Shown here one piece after another: positions 9,679 through 18,906 of a DNA stretch of 20,000 nt. Position numbers and translations under genes: made by a program. Origin of the DNA: Barthelona sp. PAP020 (lineage: Eukaryota); assembly GCA_040182905.1 (NCBI GenBank), contig JARQWU010000028.1:46982-66981 (forward strand). The letters run 5' to 3'. Below the pieces are notes generated by a model that searched no databases, had not been told where the DNA came from, and saw only the letters and a program-made list of their open reading frames with translations. Position 1 is the first letter of the stretch. Each line of letters begins with the position of its first letter.

Positions 9679-11193
9679 ATGGACACTGCATTAGAAAATT
9701 TAACGAATGCATTAGGATTGACTAATTCTATCAATAATGTTGATTTAGAATATCTTTGGTTAATGGTTGATGAAAAGAACAAACAAGTTCGAGAGAATTA
9801 TTTAAATGTAATGGCAGATTTACTTTATGAAGATGAAAACGAGAACAAAGACAAAGAAATTTCTGATAATGATGAAACTAATGATGAAATTGATGATGAT
9901 GATCTTGACGAAAATGATGATGACAGGCAAAATGTTTTTTCAGATGATGATGAATCTGAAAAGGCTGATAAGAATATTGGCAATAAATACGAATATGATT
10001 TTGACCTTGGAGACCCTAATGAAGAAATTGACATCAACAACATTCCAGATTTTCTTCCAGATGATGAAGGAGATCCTTTTCGTATTGAATATGATGAAGA
10101 AAATGATGATGAAGATGAAATGGATGATCAGGACAACGTTGAAATCACTGATGATCTGTTTTATGATGAAGATGATGATGTTCCTGATGAAAAAGAAGCT
10201 AACTTTCTTCCGGGCGATGATGAATTCGTTGATGATGATGAAGATAATTCGGTTGATAACAAAGATTTTGAGAACAAAGTCGATCCATTCGAAGAAACAC
10301 CTCACATGGCATACTTAAGAGCGATGGATGAGATTATCAGTGGGTTAGAGAACAAATCACTTGAAACAAGGTCATGGGAGCTGATGGGTGAAGTTGATAA
10401 GAATAATCGTCCTGAAGATGGGTTATTAGATGTTGATATCGAAATTCAGTATGGAAAACGTGCAGCGCCTGTTATTGATGAGGCTTTTACGGCGCAGTTG
10501 GAAAAGATCATTATTGATCGTATTTCAGAAGGTGAATTTGATGATCCCAAGCCATTTGTTGAACAAAAGATTAGAAAATCACGTTTTGAATTGGATAACA
10601 CAAAAGATAACAGATCTTTAGCAGATCTTGAAGCACAAGATCGTATTGATGCTGAAATGTTAGCGACTGGAGCTATTGATAAAGATACTCAAAAATTGCA
10701 TCACGATGTTAATGAAACATGGATACAAGTTGCTCGTTCTTTGGATGCACTTACTAATTTCTCATACACTCCTTCAGCAGCTGAGGTATTACCTGCTGAG
10801 ATTGTTATAAATAAGAGTATGGCATCCATTGAAATGGAAGAACAAGTTCCTTTGGCATTTTCCACTTCTAATGCTGTTGCACCTCAAGAATTACATAAGA
10901 GTAGAGGTACTGCTCCAAAAGCAAAGAAAGAATTAACATCTCAAGAAAAGAAAGCCAAGAGAAATAAAAACAAGAAATCCAGAATGAATAGAGATTCAAA
11001 GGATGGTAAGAAATTGAAAAAGGAATCTGTTATCGATGTTATTGATAGGAAACAGCGTAAAGAACAAAATAATCAAAAAATAAAGAATAAATCGGATGTT
11101 GATGGTCAAAAATACAGCAATTCATCTGCCTTCTTCAAACATTTGTCCACAATAAAAAATAAACAATCTTCTAGCACGGTTCAAAATTATTAA
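9679..11193 (+). CDS. MPP10: U3 snoRNP / SSU processome protein Mpp10, 504 aa
   Basis: Acidic N-terminal half, then family motifs WELMGEV..RPEDGLL, APVIDEAFTAQLEKIIIDRI..FDDP, LDALTNFSYTP, MEEQVP..APQEL, basic KKELTSQEKK and C-terminal SSAFFKHL. Confidence 0.95.
   Translation: MDTALENLTNALGLTNSINNVDLEYLWLMVDEKNKQVRENYLNVMADLLYEDENENKDKEISDNDETNDEIDDDDLDENDDDRQNVFSDDDESEKADKNIGNKYEYDFDLGDPNEEIDINNIPDFLPDDEGDPFRIEYDEENDDEDEMDDQDNVEITDDLFYDEDDDVPDEKEANFLPGDDEFVDDDEDNSVDNKDFENKVDPFEETPHMAYLRAMDEIISGLENKSLETRSWELMGEVDKNNRPEDGLLDVDIEIQYGKRAAPVIDEAFTAQLEKIIIDRISEGEFDDPKPFVEQKIRKSRFELDNTKDNRSLADLEAQDRIDAEMLATGAIDKDTQKLHHDVNETWIQVARSLDALTNFSYTPSAAEVLPAEIVINKSMASIEMEEQVPLAFSTSNAVAPQELHKSRGTAPKAKKELTSQEKKAKRNKNKKSRMNRDSKDGKKLKKESVIDVIDRKQRKEQNNQKIKNKSDVDGQKYSNSSAFFKHLSTIKNKQSSSTVQNY
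9825..10260 (+). repeat. Low-complexity GAT/GAA-rich tract encoding the Asp/Glu-rich region of Mpp10
   Basis: Many short (GAT)n runs. These explain the overlapping Met/Lys-rich and Ser/Ile-rich shadow ORFs. Confidence 0.8.
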
Positions 11194-11493
11194 TAGTCAC
11201 AAGTTAGCGAATTGATTTTACCAATTAAAAAAAAGTATTGAGGTTATAAAACTTTATTTTTTTCTTTTTATCACGTTTTTGTTTCAAAATAACTTTCACA
11301 AATATGACCTTTAAACTATTTTAGAGTGAACCCTGTTGTTAACAATTTGCTTTTTCAACAGAATTTTTTTCTTTGTTTCCATATTTAGAACACAAATAAT
11401 AATAAATAAATAATAATCACAATTTATTACCCTCAAATTAAAATGAAAACAAGATTCAAACAATAAAAAAAATAAAAAATTTTTGTTACAAAA

Positions 11494-11499
11494 TTTACA
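11494..11499 (-). promoter_or_regulatory. TGTAAA candidate 3'-end/poly(A) signal (LMBR1-family gene)
   Basis: 22 nt after the stop; the same motif recurs after other genes. Confidence 0.5.
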
Positions 11500-11521
11500 T
11501 CTTGAATAACTTATTTCTTCT

Positions 11522-13021
11522 CTAATACTTGGATGTCACTTTTTTCATCTCTTTCATATGTTTATTCTCTTTTCTAATTTCAGCCAATGCTTTTACCAAA
11601 TTAGCATCTTCTCTCTTTCCAGGACATAATAAAGATATTCCCAAAGCCAATGCCATAAATAATAAGAATCCAACAATGTAATAGTCCCACATATATTTCA
11701 TAAATCTCAAATTACCAAATTGAACAGATACAAGACTTTGAATGCTGGTACCTCTTGAGAATGACGCAAATGATTTCAGGCAAAATTGGATGGTTGGAAG
11801 AACAGTCAATAACAACAATCCAACGTTGAAAAGAATCGAATTCATTGGTGTTTCACCAGCTTTCATCTTATGCACTGGGAACAAGAATAATTGCAAACCA
11901 ACCTTAACCACACCATGCAGAACGGCCCATAATAAATAGACACAAAAGAAAGTGTAAACAGCATATGATAACATAGGGAAGAAATTATCCAATTGAACAA
12001 ACATCACATTAAGGAATTCAGAAGCTGGTGGCTTCAAGAAAATGTAAACAACAACATGAACAACCCAAAGAGCGGAAATAATGAAAAAAAGAACACCCAA
12101 TATCAATTTTAAAAATGCTTGAACAGGTTTCAATCCAAACTTCTCCTTTGTTCCCAATAAAATTCGATTATCTTCTTCCAAAGCTTCAGTGGCAGCCTTG
12201 AATATTCTTAATATTCTCTCTTCTTTACGACTACGTTTTCCATTCAAAGGAATAATGTCTTTCAATTCTTCACCTCTCTCCATCAATTCTTCAGCTGTCT
12301 TTTTTAATTGTTTTTCCTTACGAATAATTGTATCTCGAGTTTCAGGTCTAGGTCTTCTTCTCCAATCATTAATCAAAGAAAATGGTAAACTTACCATACC
12401 AATACCTCCAAAGACGATAAACAAAACATTACCAAAGAAATTAAACATCGCGGCTGCAAAGATAGTGAACGAAGGACGAATTTCCATCACTTCAGTTTCA
12501 GAAATGCAATTAATACAAGTATCAGCATTGAAAGTTTGAGGTTTTGAAATAAGAAAATTAGTTTCAATGTCAATATAAGATAAAAAGGGATAGCCAATTA
12601 AAATGATAACGGCAAATATTATAAAAGTAACAACAGTTGTTTTAATGGCAGATCCAATCGAACTTTCACCTTTTTCATCAGTGCTCGTATAATAAGAAGA
12701 AGTAAAAGGAATTAAAATAACAACAAAAACAATAATTCCTCCAAATATTATCTGCCACATCAAAGGTACAGGATATGTAGAAGACCCATTGTTGGCTAAA
12801 TCAAATCCTAACATTAAAATAGCACATTCCCCAAACAATAAACCAACAATCTAACAATTAGTTAATAATTTAATAATAATAATTTAATATACAATTACAA
12901 AACGAGGTAAAAATGCAGACCATTTGTCTTCTTCATGTCTATAATATTGTAAAAAATAGATATTAACAAATACACAAATACCAATACCTATAAGACCAGC
13001 AATACCCAAAAACCAATCCAT
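11522..13021 (-). CDS. LMBR1/LIMR-family multipass membrane protein; two exons (13021-12893, 12850-11522), 485 aa
   Basis: Exon 1 from ATG at 13021 reads MDWFLGIAGLIGIGICVFVNIYFLQYYRHEEDKWSAFLPRFVI and joins in frame to IVGLLFGECAILMLGFDLAN. Family-like motifs: YxHxxD, DLAN, LIPFTSSYY, FGGIGMVSLPFSLI..RPRP, HKMKAGETPMNSILFN. Confidence 0.9.
12851..12892 (-). other. 42-nt phase-0 spliceosomal (GT-AG) intron in the LMBR1-family gene
   Basis: Minus strand reads GTATATTAAATTATTATTATTAAATTATTAACTAATTGTTAG. It is almost pure AT, has in-frame stops (GTA TAT TAA), and has a branch-point-like ACTAAT next to the TAG acceptor. Removal restores the family N-terminus. Confidence 0.9.
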
Positions 13022-13235
13022 TTAATTTTTGATCAAATAGTAAAAAATATTAATGTTTTTTTTTTTTAAATTTACTCTTGGAAATGTTGATTCTTCCCTT
13101 AGATTGTTCTTCCATAAAATAAAAACATCAATCAATAATAAAATATTAATTTTTACAGAAATCAATCACTCAAAAAAAAGCATCCTCCTCCCAAAGGGAG
13201 ATGCCCAAACAAATAAACAAACATACACATATATA

Positions 13236-13241
13236 TTTACA
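13236..13241 (-). promoter_or_regulatory. TGTAAA candidate 3'-end/poly(A) signal (pepD)
   Basis: 37 nt after the stop, followed by a GT/T-rich tract (TATATATGTGTATGTTTGTTTATTTGTTTG). Confidence 0.5.
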
Positions 13242-13278
13242 TTGAAAAATGAGTACACAAGTGAAAATTGTTTGAAAA

Positions 13279-14697
13279 TTACTTTTGATTCAATTTCAAA
13301 ATGGTTTTGGCCAAAACTTCCCAATAAACTCTGACAGATTCAATATTGACAAATTCATGAGGAGTATGAGGATTCATAATCTTAGGTCCAATAGCGATTC
13401 CTTCCATCTTAGGATTCTTACTAATTAAGAAACCACATTCCAAACCTGCATGAATGGCATAAGTGTGAGGCTTCATGTTCAATTCTTCAAAAACTTCACA
13501 TGCATATTTAACCAACTTAGATTGAGGTTCAGGAGCCCAGCCAGGATATCTGCCAGTACCAACAGCAACACCACCAGTGATTTCGACAACTTCATTAATA
13601 AGATCAGTAAGTTGTTCTTCGTTCATAGATCTGCAAGAAGTAAGAATTTTGACTTTTCCATTTTCAACAGAAATAACACCTCCGACGTTAAGAGAAGTTT
13701 CAACAGTGTTAATTCCCAAGATTTCAACATAGGAACGAACTCCATGAGGAACATTCTTCATGTAAGAAACAAATTGATTGTGAGCTTCAAGAGACCAACA
13801 GGGCATGTTCTCAACTTCTTCAAGATCAAAGAAAAGATTGCAATCTTCAGGAATCTCAGCAGCAATTTCTTCTAAGCGAGTAGCGATGTGTTCAGCAAGT
13901 GCTCTGGGTTCCATAGAAGTGGCAATCCACCAGTTACCAACACCAGGAATGATGTTATGAGCATTTCCAACAGCAACATTGCAAAGACGGAATTCAACAC
14001 CTTCAAAAACACGAGCCCAAACTTTGTTGATATTGTGTCTTGGGAAATGAATATCAGCACCACTGTGTCCTTCCAAACCACCACGGAATGTAATTTGATA
14101 TACAGGTTCTGTATTTTCTTCAGGCTTGATCTCAAATTCAGTAACAGTAGTACAACCACCAGCACAACCAAGACAAATGGCACCATCTTCTTCATCAAGA
14201 TTCAAAACATAATCACCATCTTCAACCCATGAAGGACAAAGAGCAGTAGCACCATCCAAACCAACTTCTTCATCATTGGTGAAAATAAGAAGTAATTTAC
14301 CATGCTTTTCAGGAAGGTGGTCCAACATGGCAAGCATAGAAGCCAAACCAACACCATTATCAGCACCAAGAGTAGTACCATCAGCAGTGAGATTTTCACC
14401 ATCAATAATGGGGGTAATAGGTGTGGTAGTAAAATCAAAAGCAGGATCTACAGAATTGGGAACCATATCAATGTGAGATTGAAGAACAATGCAAGGAAGT
14501 CCAGGTTCATTACCTTCAACAACAATACGAACATTACCAGCAGCATCAATTTCAGAGAAATAACCCTTTTGAGCACCAAAATCACGAATATATTCGCCAA
14601 TTTTTTCGGTGTGATAAGAAGGATGAGGAATATTACAGACTTCAAGGAAACGAGCCCAGACAGTTTTAGGTTCACCTAATTGTTCAATAACAGACAT
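13279..14697 (-). CDS. pepD: Aminoacyl-histidine dipeptidase (peptidase D, M20C family), 472 aa
   Basis: First ATG at 14697 (MSVIEQL); the ORF-track start is an upstream TTG. Motifs LQSHIDMV, TTLGADNGVG, NDEEVGLDGA, LNLDEE, GCAGG, GHSGADIH, ETSLNVG, YPGWAP, IHAGLECG and NPHTPHE retain the metal ligands and catalytic Glu. Confidence 0.95.
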   Translation of the reverse strand: MSVIEQLGEPKTVWARFLEVCNIPHPSYHTEKIGEYIRDFGAQKGYFSEIDAAGNVRIVVEGNEPGLPCIVLQSHIDMVPNSVDPAFDFTTTPITPIIDGENLTADGTTLGADNGVGLASMLAMLDHLPEKHGKLLLIFTNDEEVGLDGATALCPSWVEDGDYVLNLDEEDGAICLGCAGGCTTVTEFEIKPEENTEPVYQITFRGGLEGHSGADIHFPRHNINKVWARVFEGVEFRLCNVAVGNAHNIIPGVGNWWIATSMEPRALAEHIATRLEEIAAEIPEDCNLFFDLEEVENMPCWSLEAHNQFVSYMKNVPHGVRSYVEILGINTVETSLNVGGVISVENGKVKILTSCRSMNEEQLTDLINEVVEITGGVAVGTGRYPGWAPEPQSKLVKYACEVFEELNMKPHTYAIHAGLECGFLISKNPKMEGIAIGPKIMNPHTPHEFVNIESVRVYWEVLAKTILKLNQK

Positions 14698-14864
14698 TAT
14701 ATGTGAAAAAAATAGTTGTTGTTTTTGCTTTTGACTTTTCAAGAATTCAACAAAATTTTTTAAAAAATTCAAATTTAAATTAACATTTTTGTATCTCCTG
14801 ATGTTTGAAGAAAAACAAAAAAAGTGTTTTCAACTTTGAAATTTAAAAATAAAGATTTGGGAAA

Positions 14865-14870
14865 TTTACA
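14865..14870 (-). promoter_or_regulatory. TGTAAA candidate 3'-end/poly(A) signal (deoxynucleoside kinase)
   Basis: 29 nt after the stop. Confidence 0.5.
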
Positions 14871-14899
14871 AAAAAAAATGAATTACTTCAAACAGTTTC

Positions 14900-15685
14900 C
14901 TAATGGCTCAAAGCCATTGCTGTCAACTCTTTTGAATTTGTTTCAATAAAAGAAATCTGTTGCATTTCAGAATCAATGAAACCGAGATTGCATATGTCTT
15001 CTATCCTATCTTCATTTAAGACTAATTCATCATCATAATCCCAGCATTCAGTGGTATTATAAAATTGATTTATTTGTAAGCAGACATCATGGACTTGTCC
15101 ATAATTGTTCCAATCAATCTTCAAGACCTTGATTCCCAATTCACTCATATCTTCAAGCCATTCTTGATAAATGATATCTAAATGTTCCAAATACTCAACT
15201 GGAATACCATTTTCACAATCCCTTTTTCTAACGTTGTGTACTCTGTTCCAGCAAATTTGAGGCTTGACATCTAGATAGACTAAAATATGTGGATTGGGCA
15301 ATAAATCCAACATCTGTCTTCTAACTTCCATATAATATTGAAATTGAGTATCATTCATCAAACCAGATTCATGACCTTGTTTAGCAAACACATAATCAGA
15401 ATAAATAGATCTGTCTAATAAAACTGTCTTTCCTTTCACTGCGAATTTAATTGCCTCAATAAAATATTGAAATCTTGTTGTCAATAACCACATTTGCATT
15501 GGAAAACAGTATTTTTGAGGATTCAAATAAAAATTGGCTAAATATGGATTACTATCAGCAGGTTCAAACATACTAATACAATGAGGATATTGTTCAGACA
15601 GATATTTTGTTAGGGTTGATTTTCCTGCAGAAATATTCCCATCCACAAGTATAATCTTTCCATATTTGGATAATTGGTGTGTCAT
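14900..15685 (-). CDS. Deoxynucleoside kinase (dAK/dGK/dCK family), 261 aa
   Basis: First ATG at 15685. P-loop VDGNISAGKST, catalytic FEP, NPYLANFY, QMWLLTTRF, DRSIYSDYVFA, lid RKRDCE, and EYLEHL. Confidence 0.92.
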   Translation of the reverse strand: MTHQLSKYGKIILVDGNISAGKSTLTKYLSEQYPHCISMFEPADSNPYLANFYLNPQKYCFPMQMWLLTTRFQYFIEAIKFAVKGKTVLLDRSIYSDYVFAKQGHESGLMNDTQFQYYMEVRRQMLDLLPNPHILVYLDVKPQICWNRVHNVRKRDCENGIPVEYLEHLDIIYQEWLEDMSELGIKVLKIDWNNYGQVHDVCLQINQFYNTTECWDYDDELVLNEDRIEDICNLGFIDSEMQQISFIETNSKELTAMALSH

Positions 15686-16001
15686 TTTGATTTGCAATTG
15701 TGGAAAATTTAAAAATAATGCAAATCAAATTAAAAATAAAAAGTTACCTTTTTGATTTTACCTGTTTCTTTTTTATATTCTTTAAAATATACACTTATAA
15801 ATGGTACTTTTAAATAATTATAACATAATTAACCAATTTTTTTGGACTATACTCCGAAATTTCACCAAAAACTATTTTCAATGCAGCATCACAAATTTAT
15901 TTTTTTTCATTATCACAAATATTTTCAATTTTTTTGAATTTGAAAGCAATATTTTAAAATTCATTGAAAATTAAAAAGTATTCGATCTTTATTTTTGGTT
16001 C

Positions 16002-16349
16002 ATGGTTAAAAAAATTGTATTTAAGGACTTAAACTGTCCAGAAAATGAATTGAATGAATTAAATTTCAATGCAATGAGTGAAATAATGAATTTAGTTTTT
16101 GATAATGAAAATCCTACGATTTTTTCCAATAATTCTTCATTTGAAGTTCAACATTTTAAATATGAAAAAGAAAAGGATGAATTAACGATATTTCTGAAGG
16201 ATACTATTAGTTCTCAACCTTCCACACCTGAACCCAATTTGGATTCAGATTCATTGAAGAGTGAAAAATCGAATAATCTTTTTGAAGAAAGCAAACAATT
16301 ATTGGAGGAATATTTAAATTCTATTAATAGGATAAAAGATAACAGATGA
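16002..16349 (+). CDS. Hypothetical acidic protein, 115 aa
   Basis: ATG..TGA ORF after a very AT-rich upstream region. Same TTCATG start context as Mpp10; two TGTAAA motifs downstream. No recognisable domain. Confidence 0.55.
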   Translation: MVKKIVFKDLNCPENELNELNFNAMSEIMNLVFDNENPTIFSNNSSFEVQHFKYEKEKDELTIFLKDTISSQPSTPEPNLDSDSLKSEKSNNLFEESKQLLEEYLNSINRIKDNR

Positions 16350-17212
16350 AAACATATGTATTTGATCAGTTGGTAGAAAAGCCGTCGTATTTTGTGTAAA
16401 AGACAGTGTAAATATGTTTATGTTTTCTTCTTACAATTTCTGATATTGATTGTCAAACTGAAAATTTATTAAAGCAGAGATCATGATATTTTGCAAGCGA
16501 TACACATGTATCCATTGTAGAACAACAAGGAATTACCGTTTTCATCAAGTAAACCCGTATAAAAGGCAATTTGGCAAAGGGAAGGGAAATATTAAGAGTA
16601 TTTGTCCTTTGATATTCGGCACATATACATTTAAGAGCGCTTTTTTCTTAAGGTCTTTTGAACCCACAATACAAAACAACCAAGTGTCATTCCTGTTTCA
16701 ATTCAGACCACTAAAAACACAGGCTTAAAGAAACAATTTTTTTCAATATGTTTCATTGTTGTCTGTGTTTATTGCCAAAGAATTATTGGAAAAACTCATT
16801 TTATTGTTATTTGAAAGGTTAAATTTTGAAGTTGGACGTTTGATCAAAAAAAAATCAAAAATTTCGCAAATATTTTGGAAATCTAAACAGAATTTTGGTC
16901 ACATCTTTTCTTTCATTTAGCCATTTCCCCAGTTTCCTATCAAAAGTAATAATGTTGCTTTTGTTGACCATTGTTGAAACGTAGAGTTAATAATACTAAG
17001 GAAGTAATTTTTAAATCAAATTTTTTTTTAATGAAATCAATATCACTTTTATTACAATACAAAACATAGCAATTTGAAAAAAATGCAAAAAAATTAATGG
17101 AAAAAGAAGAAATCTTTTTAAAGAAAGCACTTTTGTGGTTTGAAAATAAGTGTTGTTTATTTTAGTTGAAAGACTTTATTAAAATTATAGGGTTTTGTTT
17201 TCTTTGTACAAA

Positions 17213-18898
17213 ATGCAAGGAAAAAGAATAATTATCAAGATGCCTTGGGACATATTTTTTGATGATGTCAAACCAGTTTCCAGCTTTATCAGTGTTAATA
17301 AAGTTGATGGAAAAGAAACAATTGCTGAATGTTGTGAGTTTCTTCTTGAAGATATCATTAAGCAATTTTCTTTACAAGAGTTGTATAGCATTATGAAGGA
17401 ATTTGCTATTGCTCTTAATCATTGTCAAGAAAGGAAGATTTATTTCATTATTCATTCAAAAAGCATTTTTGTGAGATTTGAAACTGATAGGAAGTATCCT
17501 GGCTTTGAAATTGTTTTTCAATCTTCCAGAAATTATAATATTGAAACTATTAATAAAGTGAACGCTGACAATGTATTTGCCTTTGGTGTTATGTTGACTT
17601 CATTTATTTCAAAAGTTGCCCCCTCAATGGCTAAGACAGTTCAAAATGAACAGTTCGAATCAACTGATAGAAAGCCTTCAAAATTTTTGCAAATGATTTT
17701 CACAAGAGATATTTGGTCAAATAATGATTTGACCAATGGGATAACTATACAAGAGGTTATAAGTGCATTGGAAGAATTGATTGATGCTGGAATTCAAGAA
17801 GTGAAAGAATCCAAAGCTGAAGTTTTGGATGAAAATTTTGAAGCCAAAGAATGTAAAGCTGAAGTTTTGAATGAAAAATTTGAAGTCAAAGAATGCAAAG
17901 CTGAAGTTTTGGATGAAAAATTTGATGCCAAAGAATGTAAAACTGAAGTTTTGGATGAGAAATTGAAAAACGTACAGCTTAATAAACCAAAGCCAATCAG
18001 AGAAACCATTTCACTAAATTATCTTGAAAATTGTGTAGATGCAGTTGATTATAGTCCAGATGAACGTTTTTGTGCTTTTGTATCAAATAATTGCCTCAAG
18101 ATTTACAATATTAACACCAAAAGAATTACCTTCACTCTTCGAAAAGTAGAAGAAACTCTGAAATTTAGTCCCATTCCTGGCTCTAATCTGTTAGTTGTTG
18201 GAGGATGGTATAAGAAGTTTATTTTAATTAACTTTGAGGCGGGAAGAATATTAAAAAGCGCGGGTCCATTTCAAGCCTCTGTTAAACGGGTATCTTTTTC
18301 ATCCAATGGCAGACTCATTGCAGTTGGCATGAGTTATGGTCACATAGCTATCTGTAACATTGAAGGAAGTGTTTTGTATAGATTTCAGCCACACCCAAAA
18401 GTTATTAAAGTTATTCAGTTCTGTCCTAATAGAGAAATTTTTGCTTCTGGCAGCCAAGATAAGGGATTCAGGGTGTTTTCTTTGAAAACATATGAAAAAG
18501 TTTTTGAATGGTATAATAGTGGCAAAGGTTATGTTCTTTCAGGTAGTTTTTCACCTGATGGACTTTATTGGGTGACAGGAGATACTGTTGGATTCATTAG
18601 GATATACAATGTTGAAACCCAAAGACTTTTAGGAGAACATATGGTTCATCAAGGTTGGGTCAACTGTGTTCTCTTCTCCACAGATGGTTCTATGATTTTT
18701 ACTTGTTCTAAAGATAGATCAATTGCTGTCGTTCAAAAGGAAACAGGTAAGGTTTTGAAGAGAGTCAATATGTCTTTTGAAATTTATAGTATGGCGCTAA
18801 ACCATGATGGAACTCGTTTGTTATATGGGGGTAAAAATGATGATAGCAGTGGATCAATAAAAGAGATCTTGTTGGTGGAATCCAAAGCTCAGCTATAG
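17213..18898 (+). CDS. WD40-repeat protein with N-terminal degenerate kinase-like segment and a 14-aa tandem-repeat linker, 561 aa
   Basis: First ATG at 17213. About 7 WD blades at the C-terminus: AVDYSPDERF, VSFSSNGRLIAVG, PHPKVIKVIQFCPNREIFASGSQDKGFRVFS, SFSPDGLYWVTGDTVGFIRIYN, HQGWVNCVLFSTDGSMIFTCSKDRSI. Confidence 0.88.
   Translation: MQGKRIIIKMPWDIFFDDVKPVSSFISVNKVDGKETIAECCEFLLEDIIKQFSLQELYSIMKEFAIALNHCQERKIYFIIHSKSIFVRFETDRKYPGFEIVFQSSRNYNIETINKVNADNVFAFGVMLTSFISKVAPSMAKTVQNEQFESTDRKPSKFLQMIFTRDIWSNNDLTNGITIQEVISALEELIDAGIQEVKESKAEVLDENFEAKECKAEVLNEKFEVKECKAEVLDEKFDAKECKTEVLDEKLKNVQLNKPKPIRETISLNYLENCVDAVDYSPDERFCAFVSNNCLKIYNINTKRITFTLRKVEETLKFSPIPGSNLLVVGGWYKKFILINFEAGRILKSAGPFQASVKRVSFSSNGRLIAVGMSYGHIAICNIEGSVLYRFQPHPKVIKVIQFCPNREIFASGSQDKGFRVFSLKTYEKVFEWYNSGKGYVLSGSFSPDGLYWVTGDTVGFIRIYNVETQRLLGEHMVHQGWVNCVLFSTDGSMIFTCSKDRSIAVVQKETGKVLKRVNMSFEIYSMALNHDGTRLLYGGKNDDSSGSIKEILLVESKAQL
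17801..17968 (+). repeat. Coding tandem repeat, 4 x 42 bp (14 aa)
   Basis: Units start at 17801, 17843, 17885 and 17927: VKESKAEVLDENFE / AKECKAEVLNEKFE / VKECKAEVLDEKFD / AKECKTEVLDEKLK. Confidence 0.95.
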
Positions 18899-18906
18899 CT
18901 ATTGAT

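Noticed and set aside
11395..11417. AAT/AAAT microsatellite between convergent genes
   Set aside because: Short and ordinary for AT-rich intergenic DNA.
1075..14679. Many short antisense or alternative-frame ORFs in the track (e.g. 1075-1389, 9827-10318, 9940-10305, 13450-13875, 14302-14679)
   Set aside because: They lie within well-supported genes and reflect codon bias or low-complexity sequence; no domains are recognisable.
14698..14772. 25-aa N-terminal extension of PepD as a targeting peptide
   Set aside because: It starts at TTG in A/T-run-rich upstream DNA. The first ATG (14697) matches the usual PepD start.
14900..15685. NDUFA10 (complex I subunit with a dNK fold)
   Set aside because: It has no targeting presequence, is shorter, and has intact GKST, EP, DRS and lid motifs, which favour an active kinase.
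16483..16728. 81-aa ORF with a CxxC (CIHC)
   Set aside because: No second Cys pair or recognisable domain, and its composition is unlike the genuine genes.
17801..17968. CRISPR-like array
   Set aside because: The units are contiguous in-frame repeats with no unique spacers, inside a eukaryotic CDS.
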